From: Salinispira sp.
GTDB taxonomy: Bacteria; Spirochaetota; Spirochaetia; DSM-27196; Salinispiraceae
Direction of reading: 5' to 3'
Assembly: GCA_965602015.1 (NCBI GenBank)
Contig: OZ271918.1
Span: forward strand, 3,584,001-3,648,000
Length of the DNA stretch: 64,000 nucleotides
Positions 50,696 to 60,256 of the stretch are shown here, piece after piece. The notes below the pieces were generated by a model, which saw only the letters and a program-made list of their open reading frames with translations, was not told the origin of the DNA and made no database searches. The translations under genes were made by a program, and so were the position numbers. Each line of letters opens with the position of its first letter. The stretch's first letter is position 1.

Positions 50696-51414
50696 TACTT
50701 TACCTTCCTTGGTTCCAGGTCTTTGAGATACCATTTCTCTACCGCCTTGATGACAGCCGTACGGATAGCATCATTTTCAGAATTGAAGGTGAGGATAAGA
50801 GTGTTGCCAACCTTCAAATCATTGCCTTCCAACTTTACAGAAGTCTGTTTGGGTTTAGGCTTTGCCTTCTTCTCAGGTTTCTGTAGCAAAGTCTCAGCAG
50901 TGATATTCTCTCCAGCAAGTAGCTGGTCTATGACATCATATTTAGAATCATCCTTCCGGGCTGAGAGAATGATGAGCTTCTTAATACCAATCTCTTCAAT
51001 GGAGGAAGTAATCTCCTCCATGAATTTGCCAATGTCATCAGTCTGATTTCCTTTGTGGATGAAATACTGGTTGAGTAGCTCGACTGAATTTATTATTCCA
51101 TACGCATGAGTTCGAGAAATCCCCAAGTCCTTGATGTACCTGCTGAAACTATCTTCACGCGAGTAGAAGCCAGTCCAGTTCTGATATATAAAAAAGAGGT
51201 CGAGCATAGCTCCAGTTGAAGCCCGGTCGATATCTGAAAACCGACGCTGAACCCTTTTTGATATTGCATCGAGAGCAATGGGCTCGCCTGTTTTCAAATC
51301 GAAGTAATCTTTATATAGCCTACTCTTCTGAGGGGTTGAATTCGGAAGATTTTCCACATTCACACTTTTCTTCTGAACAGCCTTGAGAGCTGCATCTTTC
51401 AATCCATCAGTCAT
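50695..51414 (-). CDS. ParA partner / putative centromere-binding protein
   Basis: Directly downstream of parA; SFSRYIKDLGISRTHAY..I HTH-like segment. Confidence 0.6.
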   Translation of the reverse strand: MTDGLKDAALKAVQKKSVNVENLPNSTPQKSRLYKDYFDLKTGEPIALDAISKRVQRRFSDIDRASTGAMLDLFFIYQNWTGFYSREDSFSRYIKDLGISRTHAYGIINSVELLNQYFIHKGNQTDDIGKFMEEITSSIEEIGIKKLIILSARKDDSKYDVIDQLLAGENITAETLLQKPEKKAKPKPKQTSVKLEGNDLKVGNTLILTFNSENDAIRTAVIKAVEKWYLKDLEPRKVK

Positions 51415-52183
51415 CTGTCTGCCCCTCCAGTAATTCATTCACAAGGTTGAGGTATTCCTGGTAGGGCTTGGAGTCCTGTTTTAACTGAGCTTGAGGCTGG
51501 GCGAAAACTTGCGAAATTTCCGTTGTGCGATGGATAACTGTATCAGCGAGATAATCGGTGTACCCCTGACGGAGTGCATAGTGGAAGGACCGGGTTACAA
51601 CCAGGTTGTCGACATAAAAGTTTGGAGCGATAAGGATACGCTCAATATTTTTGCCGATATAACGCTGAGATCGCCTCACGCCCTCTATCAGAGAAAACGC
51701 CAAATCTAAGGCCATCACTGGCCATCCCTCTAATAATACGGGACAGATTACATAATCAGCAGCAGTCAGCGCCGACCTCGTCATCAATCCCGTGTTGGGG
51801 CTTGTATCAATAATTGCATAGTCGTATTCGGAAGCGACTTCCTCAAGGACGTCATTGAGGATGAAGATGGGATTATTCTCCGATGCGAGCTCAACCTCGA
51901 TATTCTGCAAACGCAGGTCTGCCGGAGCGAACGCTACATTCTCCCAAGGATGTACCAATATATCCTTGAGGTAAGCTTCACCGAGAAGAACTTCTCGGAT
52001 AGTGCGGTCATAGTTGTATTCTGGATCTTCATCCACAACCATATGCTGTGTTGCACTGGCCTGAGGATCCAAATCAATGAGAAGGACTTTAGAGCCTGTC
52101 TGGCTGAGTACTTGCGCAAGCGCAAGCGAGGTGGATGTCTTCCCACACCCACCTTTCACAGAGACGGTAGCAATTGTTTTCAC
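51407..52183 (-). CDS. parA: ParA family ATPase
   Basis: KGGCGKTS, KVLLIDLDPQAS, YDYAIIDTSP; GTG start after GGGAGG. Confidence 0.93.
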   Translation of the reverse strand: MKTIATVSVKGGCGKTSTSLALAQVLSQTGSKVLLIDLDPQASATQHMVVDEDPEYNYDRTIREVLLGEAYLKDILVHPWENVAFAPADLRLQNIEVELASENNPIFILNDVLEEVASEYDYAIIDTSPNTGLMTRSALTAADYVICPVLLEGWPVMALDLAFSLIEGVRRSQRYIGKNIERILIAPNFYVDNLVVTRSFHYALRQGYTDYLADTVIHRTTEISQVFAQPQAQLKQDSKPYQEYLNLVNELLEGQTDD

Positions 52184-52256
52184 TTGGGACCTCCCAAGCA
52201 ATAAATTCTACCGTGATTTCAGATTCTCCAAAGCCCCTGAATTGAGAATCAAATTA

Positions 52257-53738
52257 TTAGTTTGACAATGGCACCTTTGAAAAGAACTCAAAAGTGTCAT
52301 CAATCATTTCATTCTCCCACCCGTGACCAACACCTGGATAGATTTTGAATTCAGCTGATCCTCCAACCGAATTAACAATTTCAGCAAAGACCGGTACTCT
52401 GTCTCGTGTTGTCATGCCAAAGTTTGCCATATAGAAATCCGCAAGTCCTCCATACAGGCTTACCGGGTCATTATGAATGTCGCTCTCACCAACAAAAATG
52501 AAATGTTCGACTGTCGTGTATTCGTCCAGCGAGAAGTGATTACCATCTATAGCTTGGATATTTGCAATTCCTATTTGATAGTTCAATTCCCTCCCACTGA
52601 TACTTGAAATGGGGAAGGTGTAAGCACCGGCAGCACCAATAGCAGTTGCTTCAACAAGGTCAGGATGCAAGAGAGGAAATACATTTGCCTGTATTCCACC
52701 ATTTGAGAAACCGGTAATGAACACTTTGCTGTGCATATCTAATCGCTCTGCTCGTGCTCGCTCAAGAAATCCAACTATAATACTCCGTATTTCGAGGTCA
52801 GGACGGGCCAGTGGATCATCTGAGTCTAGATCAGTGAGCATATACTCTTCGAGCATATATTGGGCCTGCCCTGGAATAAGCAGCTTTATCATGACATATC
52901 CGTACTCTTCACAATATTCTGAAAATGTCTCTGCATTGTTCTGCATACCGAATGCCAAAGCATCATAACTATCATGCCCCGGTAAACCATTCCCAACAAC
53001 CAGTGTCCGTATTGCAGAATCTCTTTTCAATGAAGATGGAAAAAAGTACATGAAGGCATACTTGCTGATTTCCGGGTCATTAACCAGTGTCAGTTTATCG
53101 AACATGAGAGTATCAAAGGATGATTGCTGAATGTTATTTATATTGGGATCAGAAGCAGCGTCTGAATCGACATCTACACCAAAACTGCCTTCAACAGGGT
53201 TCCTCGCAATTCTATCTAACATCTCCTGCAATAGAGGATTTGAGGTTAGCTGTTCCTCGAAAGTGGCTAAATCTGTAATCGATATAAATAACGTTTCTGG
53301 ATCATGCTGCCAAAAGACAACGCCGTACTCCTTGGTGAGCTCATCCAATAGCTCGAGATCGATGCCTTGAAATAAATCTACAGGGAAATCCCTGTCCCCG
53401 ATTCTTCTGATATATGTACTGTTCCCATCCTGAGGATACCAGTTACTTCCGCCAACAAGGTTTTCCAGAATTGAATAGAACTCTTCAACAAAGGGATACT
53501 CGGCATGTACCCAATATCCACGGATGCCAAAATCTTTATAGCTTTCGTCTACTCCCAATGGTTGGAACTGCAGCGATTCAACCAAGCCTTGATCGGTTAC
53601 GACGATCTCCTCAGGGGCGACTATTGCGGGAGTATTTTCAATATCAGGCTCTATGTTTTCATTTAACAAGTCTTCGGTGGTCGCGCATGAACCCAAGATG
53701 AGGGTAATGAGAAATAGTACGAGTGTAGCCTTTTTCAT
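52257..53738 (-). CDS. Lipoprotein with alpha/beta hydrolase domain
   Basis: LGSC lipobox; GFSNGG nucleophile elbow, VGESD, YPGVGH. Confidence 0.8.
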   Translation of the reverse strand: MKKATLVLFLITLILGSCATTEDLLNENIEPDIENTPAIVAPEEIVVTDQGLVESLQFQPLGVDESYKDFGIRGYWVHAEYPFVEEFYSILENLVGGSNWYPQDGNSTYIRRIGDRDFPVDLFQGIDLELLDELTKEYGVVFWQHDPETLFISITDLATFEEQLTSNPLLQEMLDRIARNPVEGSFGVDVDSDAASDPNINNIQQSSFDTLMFDKLTLVNDPEISKYAFMYFFPSSLKRDSAIRTLVVGNGLPGHDSYDALAFGMQNNAETFSEYCEEYGYVMIKLLIPGQAQYMLEEYMLTDLDSDDPLARPDLEIRSIIVGFLERARAERLDMHSKVFITGFSNGGIQANVFPLLHPDLVEATAIGAAGAYTFPISSISGRELNYQIGIANIQAIDGNHFSLDEYTTVEHFIFVGESDIHNDPVSLYGGLADFYMANFGMTTRDRVPVFAEIVNSVGGSAEFKIYPGVGHGWENEMIDDTFEFFSKVPLSN

Positions 53739-53870
53739 AAGATCTCCATTTTATTAAGAAAGGCACCCATTAATTCTAAGCAACTGAGAGAGTTTTTCAA
53801 ATAGGATTTATTCCCATACGCAATAAAGCATAGTTCTTCCTAAAGATAATCCTATCTATGGGAGGGAATA

Positions 53871-54248
53871 ATGCAGAATCCAAGAAACCTTGATCCAGAT
53901 ATACACATCTACTATCCATTGCTCATCCACTACGGCGTGAATGCAGCAGTCCTCTGGGGCTGGGTTCAGTACCAGCTAATGGTGAAAAAGCTCCACATTA
54001 CCGACATCGGGATGGATACCTATCATATGCATGTCTCCAGGTGGCAGATAAAAGAAGAGATTGGCCTGTCCTTTGGAGAGCAAATAGATGCTGAGCTTGC
54101 ACTACTGGGTGCAGACCTGGTGACCAGTAGCCCAGTCAAATTTGATGAGGCAAGTTATTACGCTATGCCCTTGAATGAGGAAAAGCTCCGGTATTTTGTG
54201 AATAGCAAACGGCAGAAGTGGGATGTGAAGGCATATTTATTGCCATGA
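53871..54248 (+). CDS. Stand-alone Rep N-terminal-like winged-helix protein 1
   Basis: YGVNAAVLWG...RWQIKEEIGLSFGEQIDAELAL aligns with Rep N-terminus. Confidence 0.7.
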   Translation: MQNPRNLDPDIHIYYPLLIHYGVNAAVLWGWVQYQLMVKKLHITDIGMDTYHMHVSRWQIKEEIGLSFGEQIDAELALLGADLVTSSPVKFDEASYYAMPLNEEKLRYFVNSKRQKWDVKAYLLP

Positions 54249-54451
54249 GGACGTTCAAGGAGTACATCGACGCCAAGTTCGATGGACAGACCTATATCAT
54301 GGTATCGCTGACTGAAATTCAAAAGGATTGGAATATCGTCCTCAAGGATGTTTTTTACATGCTGGCAACCCTGCCATACCATCTGCGGCTTCATGAATCT
54401 GACCCAGAGATAATAGTCATAGTTGATCAGAAAAAGCTGTCCCACCGGTAA
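54245..54451 (+). CDS. Small hypothetical protein
   Basis: ATGA overlap with previous stop. Confidence 0.55.
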   Translation: MRTFKEYIDAKFDGQTYIMVSLTEIQKDWNIVLKDVFYMLATLPYHLRLHESDPEIIVIVDQKKLSHR

Positions 54452-54474
54452 AACACTTGGGTAAAGGAGGAATT

Positions 54475-54852
54475 ATGCGAGATATGCGCAGCGAAGAGCC
54501 AAAAATAGAAATCAATTATGCGTTATTGAAAACCCATGGTGTGGATGCTGCAATGCTCTACGGTTATCTGAAGTCAGTAGTTATCAGCTCTGATGCGACC
54601 ACGTTGAGTGATTTGACTGACCAGATATTTGATTTAGTTTTTAAACGAAAGAGCATTCAAGAAGCTATCGGCTTAAGCCCCGGTCAACAGCTTGATGCTG
54701 AACATCGGCTGCTGGGGACAGGGCTTTTGATTAGTAATAGTGATGATGAGCAGAATGTAGAGTATTTTCTTTCACCGGGGCATGAAGACGAATTCACCAG
54801 GTGGGTTTATTCCCGTGCTGCCGTCTGGAAACATGAACTTCTTCCAATGTGA
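54475..54852 (+). CDS. Stand-alone Rep N-terminal-like winged-helix protein 2
   Basis: AGGAGG RBS; HGVDAAMLYG...RKSIQEAIGLSPGQQLDAEHRL. Confidence 0.75.
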   Translation: MRDMRSEEPKIEINYALLKTHGVDAAMLYGYLKSVVISSDATTLSDLTDQIFDLVFKRKSIQEAIGLSPGQQLDAEHRLLGTGLLISNSDDEQNVEYFLSPGHEDEFTRWVYSRAAVWKHELLPM

Positions 54853-55027
54853 AAAACTTTAACCAAAAGCGCAACGAAAAGCATAGTTAATTACAAGATA
54901 ACTACATGGTCCAGGACAAGACGGGAGAGCAGCTCGTCATGGATCACGTTATTCGCCCTTACCATGCTCTCACAGGGAAACCTGATGGTAAGGGCGATTT
55001 TATTTCTATGTAAAAAGGATGTGACTT

Positions 55028-56230
55028 ATGGAGTATCGTGATCCCAGACATGAATTGATAAACAAATCTGGATTTAACAAGTATCTACCTAAAATTGCCG
55101 CCAATATCGGCCCTCACTCAGCTATCTTCCTCTCTGAGCTTCTCAACTCAGATTCTTACTGGTACAAGAATCCAGAAAAATATTACGAGAAGACAGGCAA
55201 ACCATATTGGGGGAGATTTTACCACAGCCGAGAGATGATTGAAAAACGCACCGGTTTATCACCTTCTCAGCAACGAAAAGCACAAGAGGCTCTGAAGGAC
55301 TTTGAAATAATCTCTGTTATTTCTAAAGGTTTGCCCAGAAAGAATTACTATCTCATCGATTATCAGACTTTGAATGCCTTTCTCTCCAGTTGTTCTTACG
55401 ATGATGAAGAAGACTATAGTCAGATTCTTGAACAGCAAGAGGCTGAAAAACTTAACGACAAGACGTTAGAAAACTCAACATCAAGAGGTGAAGAAACTGC
55501 ACATCAAGACGTTAAAAAACTGCACATAAATAATAATAAAGGAATAATAAAAAAGAATAAGAATAAAGTAAGTAACGCAACTGACGGTGCTGAAGCACCG
55601 AAATCCAGCTTAAACTCTGTAAAACAGCAAAATTCATGCATTAAAGATGATATAGGTGGATCCCCGCCCGGCGCGCACGCGCAAAATCGGGCTACTGAAC
55701 CAATCAATCAGCCAACCAACTCTGAAGTTGATAGACTTATCCAGAAATATAACGCGGCAATGGGCATCGAATGGAATTATGGCGACAGAAAATCAGTTGC
55801 AAAGAACCTGTCCCGTATTCAAGCTGTGGAAAAGTATTTCACCCCGATAGCACTTTCCTATGCGTGGAAGAATATGGGAGATAAGGCCTGCAGAGAGCTA
55901 AAAGATAAGCGTATTTCGGGGTTTATTGGTTACTTTCTGCTTGATGAGGTCGAAAAACGAGGAGGGGAGATCTATGCCTATTGTGCTGATCATCTCGACT
56001 TCCAGCTTGATAGGGTGTTTAGGCGTTTTGAAAATTATATAAATGAGCAAGTGAAGCCGAAGGGGTATATCTGCGAGGGAGCAGACCTTGAGCCGATTGA
56101 TATTAAGGCAGACCTTAACACAAAGCAGCATAGGGAGCTGAGATACCAGATCTACAAACAGCATCTTGAGCCATTGCTGCTCGCAGAGGATGACTTTTAC
56201 GACATGATGATTACCTTGGAGGCAGAATAA
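55028..56230 (+). CDS. Phage/plasmid replication initiator
   Basis: GPHSAIFLSEL...FYHSREMIEKRTGLSPSQQRKA...KGLPRKNYYLID wHTH; internal iterons and N/K-rich linker. Confidence 0.8.
   Translation: MEYRDPRHELINKSGFNKYLPKIAANIGPHSAIFLSELLNSDSYWYKNPEKYYEKTGKPYWGRFYHSREMIEKRTGLSPSQQRKAQEALKDFEIISVISKGLPRKNYYLIDYQTLNAFLSSCSYDDEEDYSQILEQQEAEKLNDKTLENSTSRGEETAHQDVKKLHINNNKGIIKKNKNKVSNATDGAEAPKSSLNSVKQQNSCIKDDIGGSPPGAHAQNRATEPINQPTNSEVDRLIQKYNAAMGIEWNYGDRKSVAKNLSRIQAVEKYFTPIALSYAWKNMGDKACRELKDKRISGFIGYFLLDEVEKRGGEIYAYCADHLDFQLDRVFRRFENYINEQVKPKGYICEGADLEPIDIKADLNTKQHRELRYQIYKQHLEPLLLAEDDFYDMMITLEAE
55436..55575 (+). repeat. Putative replication origin: 4 x 23-bp iterons plus AT-rich tract
   Basis: CAAGA(G/C)G...AAACT... 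units start at 55436, 55459, 55482, 55505; A/T run 55528-55575. Confidence 0.8.
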
Positions 56231-56532
56231 TGGCATACATACTTGTACGATCAGATCAGATTTCAAAGCACTCATGGGATTCGCAGTTATTTATCATTAC
56301 TGATAGTCCCCAGGAGTTCCTGCTATCTTTCAGCGGGTTTCTCGATGATAAAAAGGCGAACTTATCTGCAAATTTTGAAGTGAGTGAAACGATTATATAT
56401 AGCAAAGCTCGTGCAGCTGGAATCAAGGCTGATCTGAAGAAACAAAATCTCCGTCAGATAGAAATAACATCATCCTTGAAAGTCAAGATTGCAGATTGGA
56501 TCATGGAGTCGCCGGTACTCTTAACCCTGTAG
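56230..56532 (+). CDS. Hypothetical protein coupled to rep
   Basis: TAATG overlap, GGAGG RBS. Confidence 0.65.
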   Translation: MAYILVRSDQISKHSWDSQLFIITDSPQEFLLSFSGFLDDKKANLSANFEVSETIIYSKARAAGIKADLKKQNLRQIEITSSLKVKIADWIMESPVLLTL

Positions 56533-56566
56533 TAAAAAAATGCTCCCCGAAGGGAGCTTGCACAAA

Positions 56567-57316
56567 TTATTTCTGAAATCCAGGAGGAAACTCATTCCAT
56601 TCTAAGCCATCCAGGACACGAATGCTTTGTTTATGATTAACGTTGAGCTGTTTGATGAAAAATGGCAGGCCAACGGTTTTGACTATATCCCGGATTGATC
56701 GCACCCAATCCAGGTTAAGAGGTCGGGCATTCTTGCCTGTCTCTGAACCAACCACTACCCAATCAACCTGATTGATATAATCACCGAGCACTATCTCATC
56801 CAGTATCGGCTCAACCGCTATGACCCTGGTGCCATTGATTGAACAGAGATGAGGAAGCCTCTCGTCGGCACTTTTCTGATTTTCAATGGACACTGAAAAT
56901 GCCATGTAATCAGGAGCTCCGTTGGGATACCTCTGATTGACTATTGAAGCCATCCGTTCAGCCCTCTTCGTCCAGAAGAGGTACTTGGGAATCGACCGCT
57001 TCCTGGTTACAGTAGCCTCAATCAAATCAAACACACGATGAATATCGTTGGTCGCAACCTTGTCCCAAAATAAATCCCCATTCTGACAGATTCCGACAAT
57101 GCCACTCTTCAGCTTAAGATTACTTGTTGTCATGCGGTTCTGGAAAATTGTTGCCTCATTGGGCTGCACATGGGCTGGGATTAGCCCCATCCTCTGGTGC
57201 CATGGGAAGATGCTATCCAGATACCAACAATTCTTACAGGCTGAAGAATATCGCTCACAGCCTATCACTGGATTCCAATCGCAGGTGAGAATATCACCGG
57301 GGTTATGTTTCGCCAT
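56567..57316 (-). CDS. DUF5131 (phage Gp37/Gp68) three-Cys protein
   Basis: WNPVIGCERYSSACKNCWY, GDLF, TKRAER, SVSIENQ, VEPIL, DWVVVGSETG..ARP, FFIKQ. Confidence 0.88.
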   Translation of the reverse strand: MAKHNPGDILTCDWNPVIGCERYSSACKNCWYLDSIFPWHQRMGLIPAHVQPNEATIFQNRMTTSNLKLKSGIVGICQNGDLFWDKVATNDIHRVFDLIEATVTRKRSIPKYLFWTKRAERMASIVNQRYPNGAPDYMAFSVSIENQKSADERLPHLCSINGTRVIAVEPILDEIVLGDYINQVDWVVVGSETGKNARPLNLDWVRSIRDIVKTVGLPFFIKQLNVNHKQSIRVLDGLEWNEFPPGFQK

Positions 57317-57376
57317 ATAGCCTCCTATTTGTAACCTCAGTTATATAGACGAAATCAGGAACTCGCCGGATAGAAA

Positions 57377-58162
57377 TTAGCGGAGCCAACGTAATTTAAA
57401 TTTTCCGTGTTTCTCAAAGTATTCAGTCCGTTCAATAACCTTCCCCATCTCACAGGCGCTGTGTTCGAGGATGGAAAATTGGGAAATTCCAGATTCTTCT
57501 TTTAGCCTATCAATTTTGTACTGAAGGTTCTTATGGCGGTAAATGCGGTTGAGAAAGACAAAGGTTCCTGTATTGAAAGGTACTGAGCTGTCTGGATTAA
57601 TTCGCTCCGGGTACAAGGTGCTTAAATCCTTAGCTATTTCACTACCCAGAAAAATCAATCTCATCCCATGTGAGGCCTTGAAGTCTTTTGCAATTTCCTC
57701 AGCGGCATATGAGATTGATACTTCATCCCATGTCTGGAGTTTTCGATGGAGCTGATCGACGACAGGAAGAGCTGTTGAGACAAGGAAGTCAGCCATGCTC
57801 TGATCAGTCTTCAAGTAAATCTGATATGCCATCCGTCCAAAGTTTGGAAGCGGCTGGTTTTGGATGCGTTTGAGATCAGCCCGCCAATCTTGGGAGAGCC
57901 AATTTAAAAATGGTTTGGATGAGTATGCACTACGGTACATCACTGAATACAAGATAGTGGAGTGCATATCCATCCCTGCCACATGGGCAAACAGCATCTT
58001 GGTACCGCGATCATGATTGCGATCGAGGTTGGTTATACGGGTGTCTCTGAGAACTGGATTGGAAGTCCATGGCTCTGGCCAGCCAGCCTCTTTTTGAAGA
58101 CGGATGTTTTCTCGCTCATTAACAAAAGAAAGGAAGTCATGTACAGTCCAAATTCGACACAT
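57377..58162 (-). CDS. aGPT-Pplase1 / 5-hmdU DNA kinase helical-domain-like protein
   Basis: FVNERENIRLQKEAGWPEPWTSNPVL...ITNLDRNHDRGT; later FLGSEIAKDL and LEHSACE..K. Confidence 0.75.
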   Translation of the reverse strand: MCRIWTVHDFLSFVNERENIRLQKEAGWPEPWTSNPVLRDTRITNLDRNHDRGTKMLFAHVAGMDMHSTILYSVMYRSAYSSKPFLNWLSQDWRADLKRIQNQPLPNFGRMAYQIYLKTDQSMADFLVSTALPVVDQLHRKLQTWDEVSISYAAEEIAKDFKASHGMRLIFLGSEIAKDLSTLYPERINPDSSVPFNTGTFVFLNRIYRHKNLQYKIDRLKEESGISQFSILEHSACEMGKVIERTEYFEKHGKFKLRWLR

Positions 58163-58222
58163 GACTTCCCATCTTATCGTGATGAGCAATTCATGCGAGC
58201 CGGAAACCGGAATTATTTCCGC

Positions 58223-58588
58223 TTAAGCCGCTGATGCAAAGTTGTCATAAACCAGCTCACGGTCAGAAAACTTGTGAAACATTGAACCCTGCTGGATGAA
58301 AGGTTCAACTTTAAATGCTGTGATGATGTATAGCCACTCAGTGTTATGTCGATTTCGACCCACGACTATCCGATAATCAGTTCCGGCAATGCGACAGTCA
58401 AGCTGTCCGTAGTGACCCTGTGAATTAAAGCCAGTGGTGTATTCTCCCTCTTTCGCCATCAGTCGAACAATGGGCAAAACCTCCCCAATCCCCGAATCAA
58501 CCAGACGCTGTTTCGCATGATATCCCATGCCAAACTGACGATCCTGAAGTTTCTGCCGGACTTCTTTCTCGGTAAAAAATCTATTCAT
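58223..58588 (-). CDS. Hypothetical protein (DUF4258/RelE-like pattern)
   Basis: AAGGAG RBS; YHAKQRL...YIITAF; ends FASAA. Confidence 0.65.
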   Translation of the reverse strand: MNRFFTEKEVRQKLQDRQFGMGYHAKQRLVDSGIGEVLPIVRLMAKEGEYTTGFNSQGHYGQLDCRIAGTDYRIVVGRNRHNTEWLYIITAFKVEPFIQQGSMFHKFSDRELVYDNFASAA

Positions 58589-58644
58589 CTGTTAACTCCT
58601 TCGTGGTATATGAACGGAATCTCCGGCCCTAAGGCCGGAGTAGC

Positions 58645-59226
58645 TTAGGCTGCCTTCTGAAGTGGTGGCCTCCAGAAACCATAATCTTCGGTGATGTCAC
58701 AGGCGTCCTGACCGGTTCTGCCGTCTGCTGTGACCAGCTCGTTACCCCAGCTGTGCCATCCCTCCCGTTTGTTACGGGCAAAGATTTCAAGGTAGGGACC
58801 AGGTGAAGCCCGTTCGATGAGTTCATAAAACTCATGGGGTTTAGCGCTGTGCTCCAACCGAGGAGCATGGATGATGGACTCAATTGCCGACATCTCTTTT
58901 GGCTTTCTCGGCTTACCTCTCACCCCAAAGAGCAGCAGTTCATGCTTGGTGCGAAAGTAATACCCAAGACCGATCTTGTCCTTCACCCAGGCAAGATTGG
59001 TGACGTAGCGGAATCCCCAGTCTTCTATGACCTGAAGAGCTTCGGGCAGGAAGTTACTGACTGTCCACATGTACAGATGGGACCTAGGGTCTGCGATCTC
59101 TTTCACCCAATCACCCATCAAAGCGATAGAATCAACGGACATCGTGGTGTAGTAGTTTGCTGCACCTTTGATTCCTCCGCTCTGCTGGGGCCAGGGGGGA
59201 TCTGTGTAAATGGTTTTGTACTTCAT
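58645..59226 (-). CDS. MT-A70 family adenine methyltransferase
   Basis: KYKTIYTDPPW, HLYMW, WGFRYVTNLAWVK, GLGYYFRTKHELLLFGVRG, HSAKP, LEIFAR, GWHSWGNE. Confidence 0.93.
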   Translation of the reverse strand: MKYKTIYTDPPWPQQSGGIKGAANYYTTMSVDSIALMGDWVKEIADPRSHLYMWTVSNFLPEALQVIEDWGFRYVTNLAWVKDKIGLGYYFRTKHELLLFGVRGKPRKPKEMSAIESIIHAPRLEHSAKPHEFYELIERASPGPYLEIFARNKREGWHSWGNELVTADGRTGQDACDITEDYGFWRPPLQKAA

Positions 59227-59281
59227 ACAACCTCCAGGTGATATGAACGAAATCCCCAGCCCGGAGGCTGGGGCGAATAGG

Positions 59282-59683
59282 TCAAGCAGCAAGAAATGCC
59301 TGGTCAGTTTTTGCCTTTCTGGCGGTCTTGATGATCTTTTGATAGTGCATACTACCTGGTAGGAGTACGTTGACCGCCATGATGTCGTGATCGAAATTGA
59401 ACCCGAATGTGCCATCGTTGCGAGCATGTTCGATATGACGATCAAACTCCTTCTCCCAAGTCGACTTCGACTCAGCCATGACAATCGAAAAACCAGAAAG
59501 TTGTTTCCAATCATTGATGACAGCCAGCATGTTGGTATACAACCGCTCACGTGAGCTAATCCGACCAATCACCCCTCCGTAAATCTTGTCATAAACAAGG
59601 ACCATAAGCAGTTCATTGCTCTGCCGCTGCTTTGCCTGTTTGACTCGTTCTTCATATGAGCCTCTGCGCTTTGCTTCTCCCAT
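59282..59683 (-). CDS. Hypothetical protein
   Basis: AAGGAG RBS, MGEAKRRG start, ends AFLAA. Confidence 0.7.
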   Translation of the reverse strand: MGEAKRRGSYEERVKQAKQRQSNELLMVLVYDKIYGGVIGRISSRERLYTNMLAVINDWKQLSGFSIVMAESKSTWEKEFDRHIEHARNDGTFGFNFDHDIMAVNVLLPGSMHYQKIIKTARKAKTDQAFLAA

Positions 59684-59744
59684 ACCTGCTCCTTTGTGCT
59701 GGCAAAGATGCGTCTGCAGGTAACCCTGCAGACATCTCAATTTC

Positions 59745-60032
59745 TCAATCCAGGTAGTAACAGAGCTCTTCATCCGACATAGCGTCTGCTACCTCATACA
59801 ACTTGATAATGGGATCAAAATCTGCAGTCTCAGAATGAATCTGCTCCAGACCGGGAATATGGTTGTGGGTTTGGAACTTGTGCCTTTGCAGTAACAGGCC
59901 AACAATGTAATCTGCCTGTTCGTAGTCAAACGTATAATAGTTTCTGAGGCTGCGTATCGCCTGTTCATAGGCCCTGTGAAGTGGCTTGAGTCGAGGTTCG
60001 TTTTCAACGAGCGTGTTACTCCATGTGTTCAT
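59745..60032 (-). CDS. Hypothetical protein
   Basis: AGGAGGTG RBS. Confidence 0.7.
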   Translation of the reverse strand: MNTWSNTLVENEPRLKPLHRAYEQAIRSLRNYYTFDYEQADYIVGLLLQRHKFQTHNHIPGLEQIHSETADFDPIIKLYEVADAMSDEELCYYLD

Positions 60033-60100
60033 CTGAACACCTCCTGATAAAGGGGTTTATTTAACAACTGCTGTTCTGTCTGGTCTCGAATCTTGTGCAT
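60029..60100 (-). CDS. 23-aa ORF coupled to next gene
   Basis: AAGGAGGT RBS; MHKIRDQTEQQLLNKPLYQEVFR; ATGA overlap. Confidence 0.45.
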   Translation of the reverse strand: MHKIRDQTEQQLLNKPLYQEVFR

Positions 60101-60256
60101 AATCAACCTCCTTTTCTTTTTAGGCTTTGAATTTCAAAACCACGGATTGCCTGCTTAACTCAGCTGTGAAGTGCCGGCAATCCTTTTGGATGAAACCTCA
60201 CAACCGTTTGGAGTCTCTTGCTGGCTCCGGTTATATGAACGAAATCTCTCCCTTCC

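Noticed and set aside
59227..59568. N-terminal extension of the MT-A70 ORF
   Set aside because: Overlaps ORF 59282-59683 and an intergenic hairpin; the real start with GGAGG is at 59226
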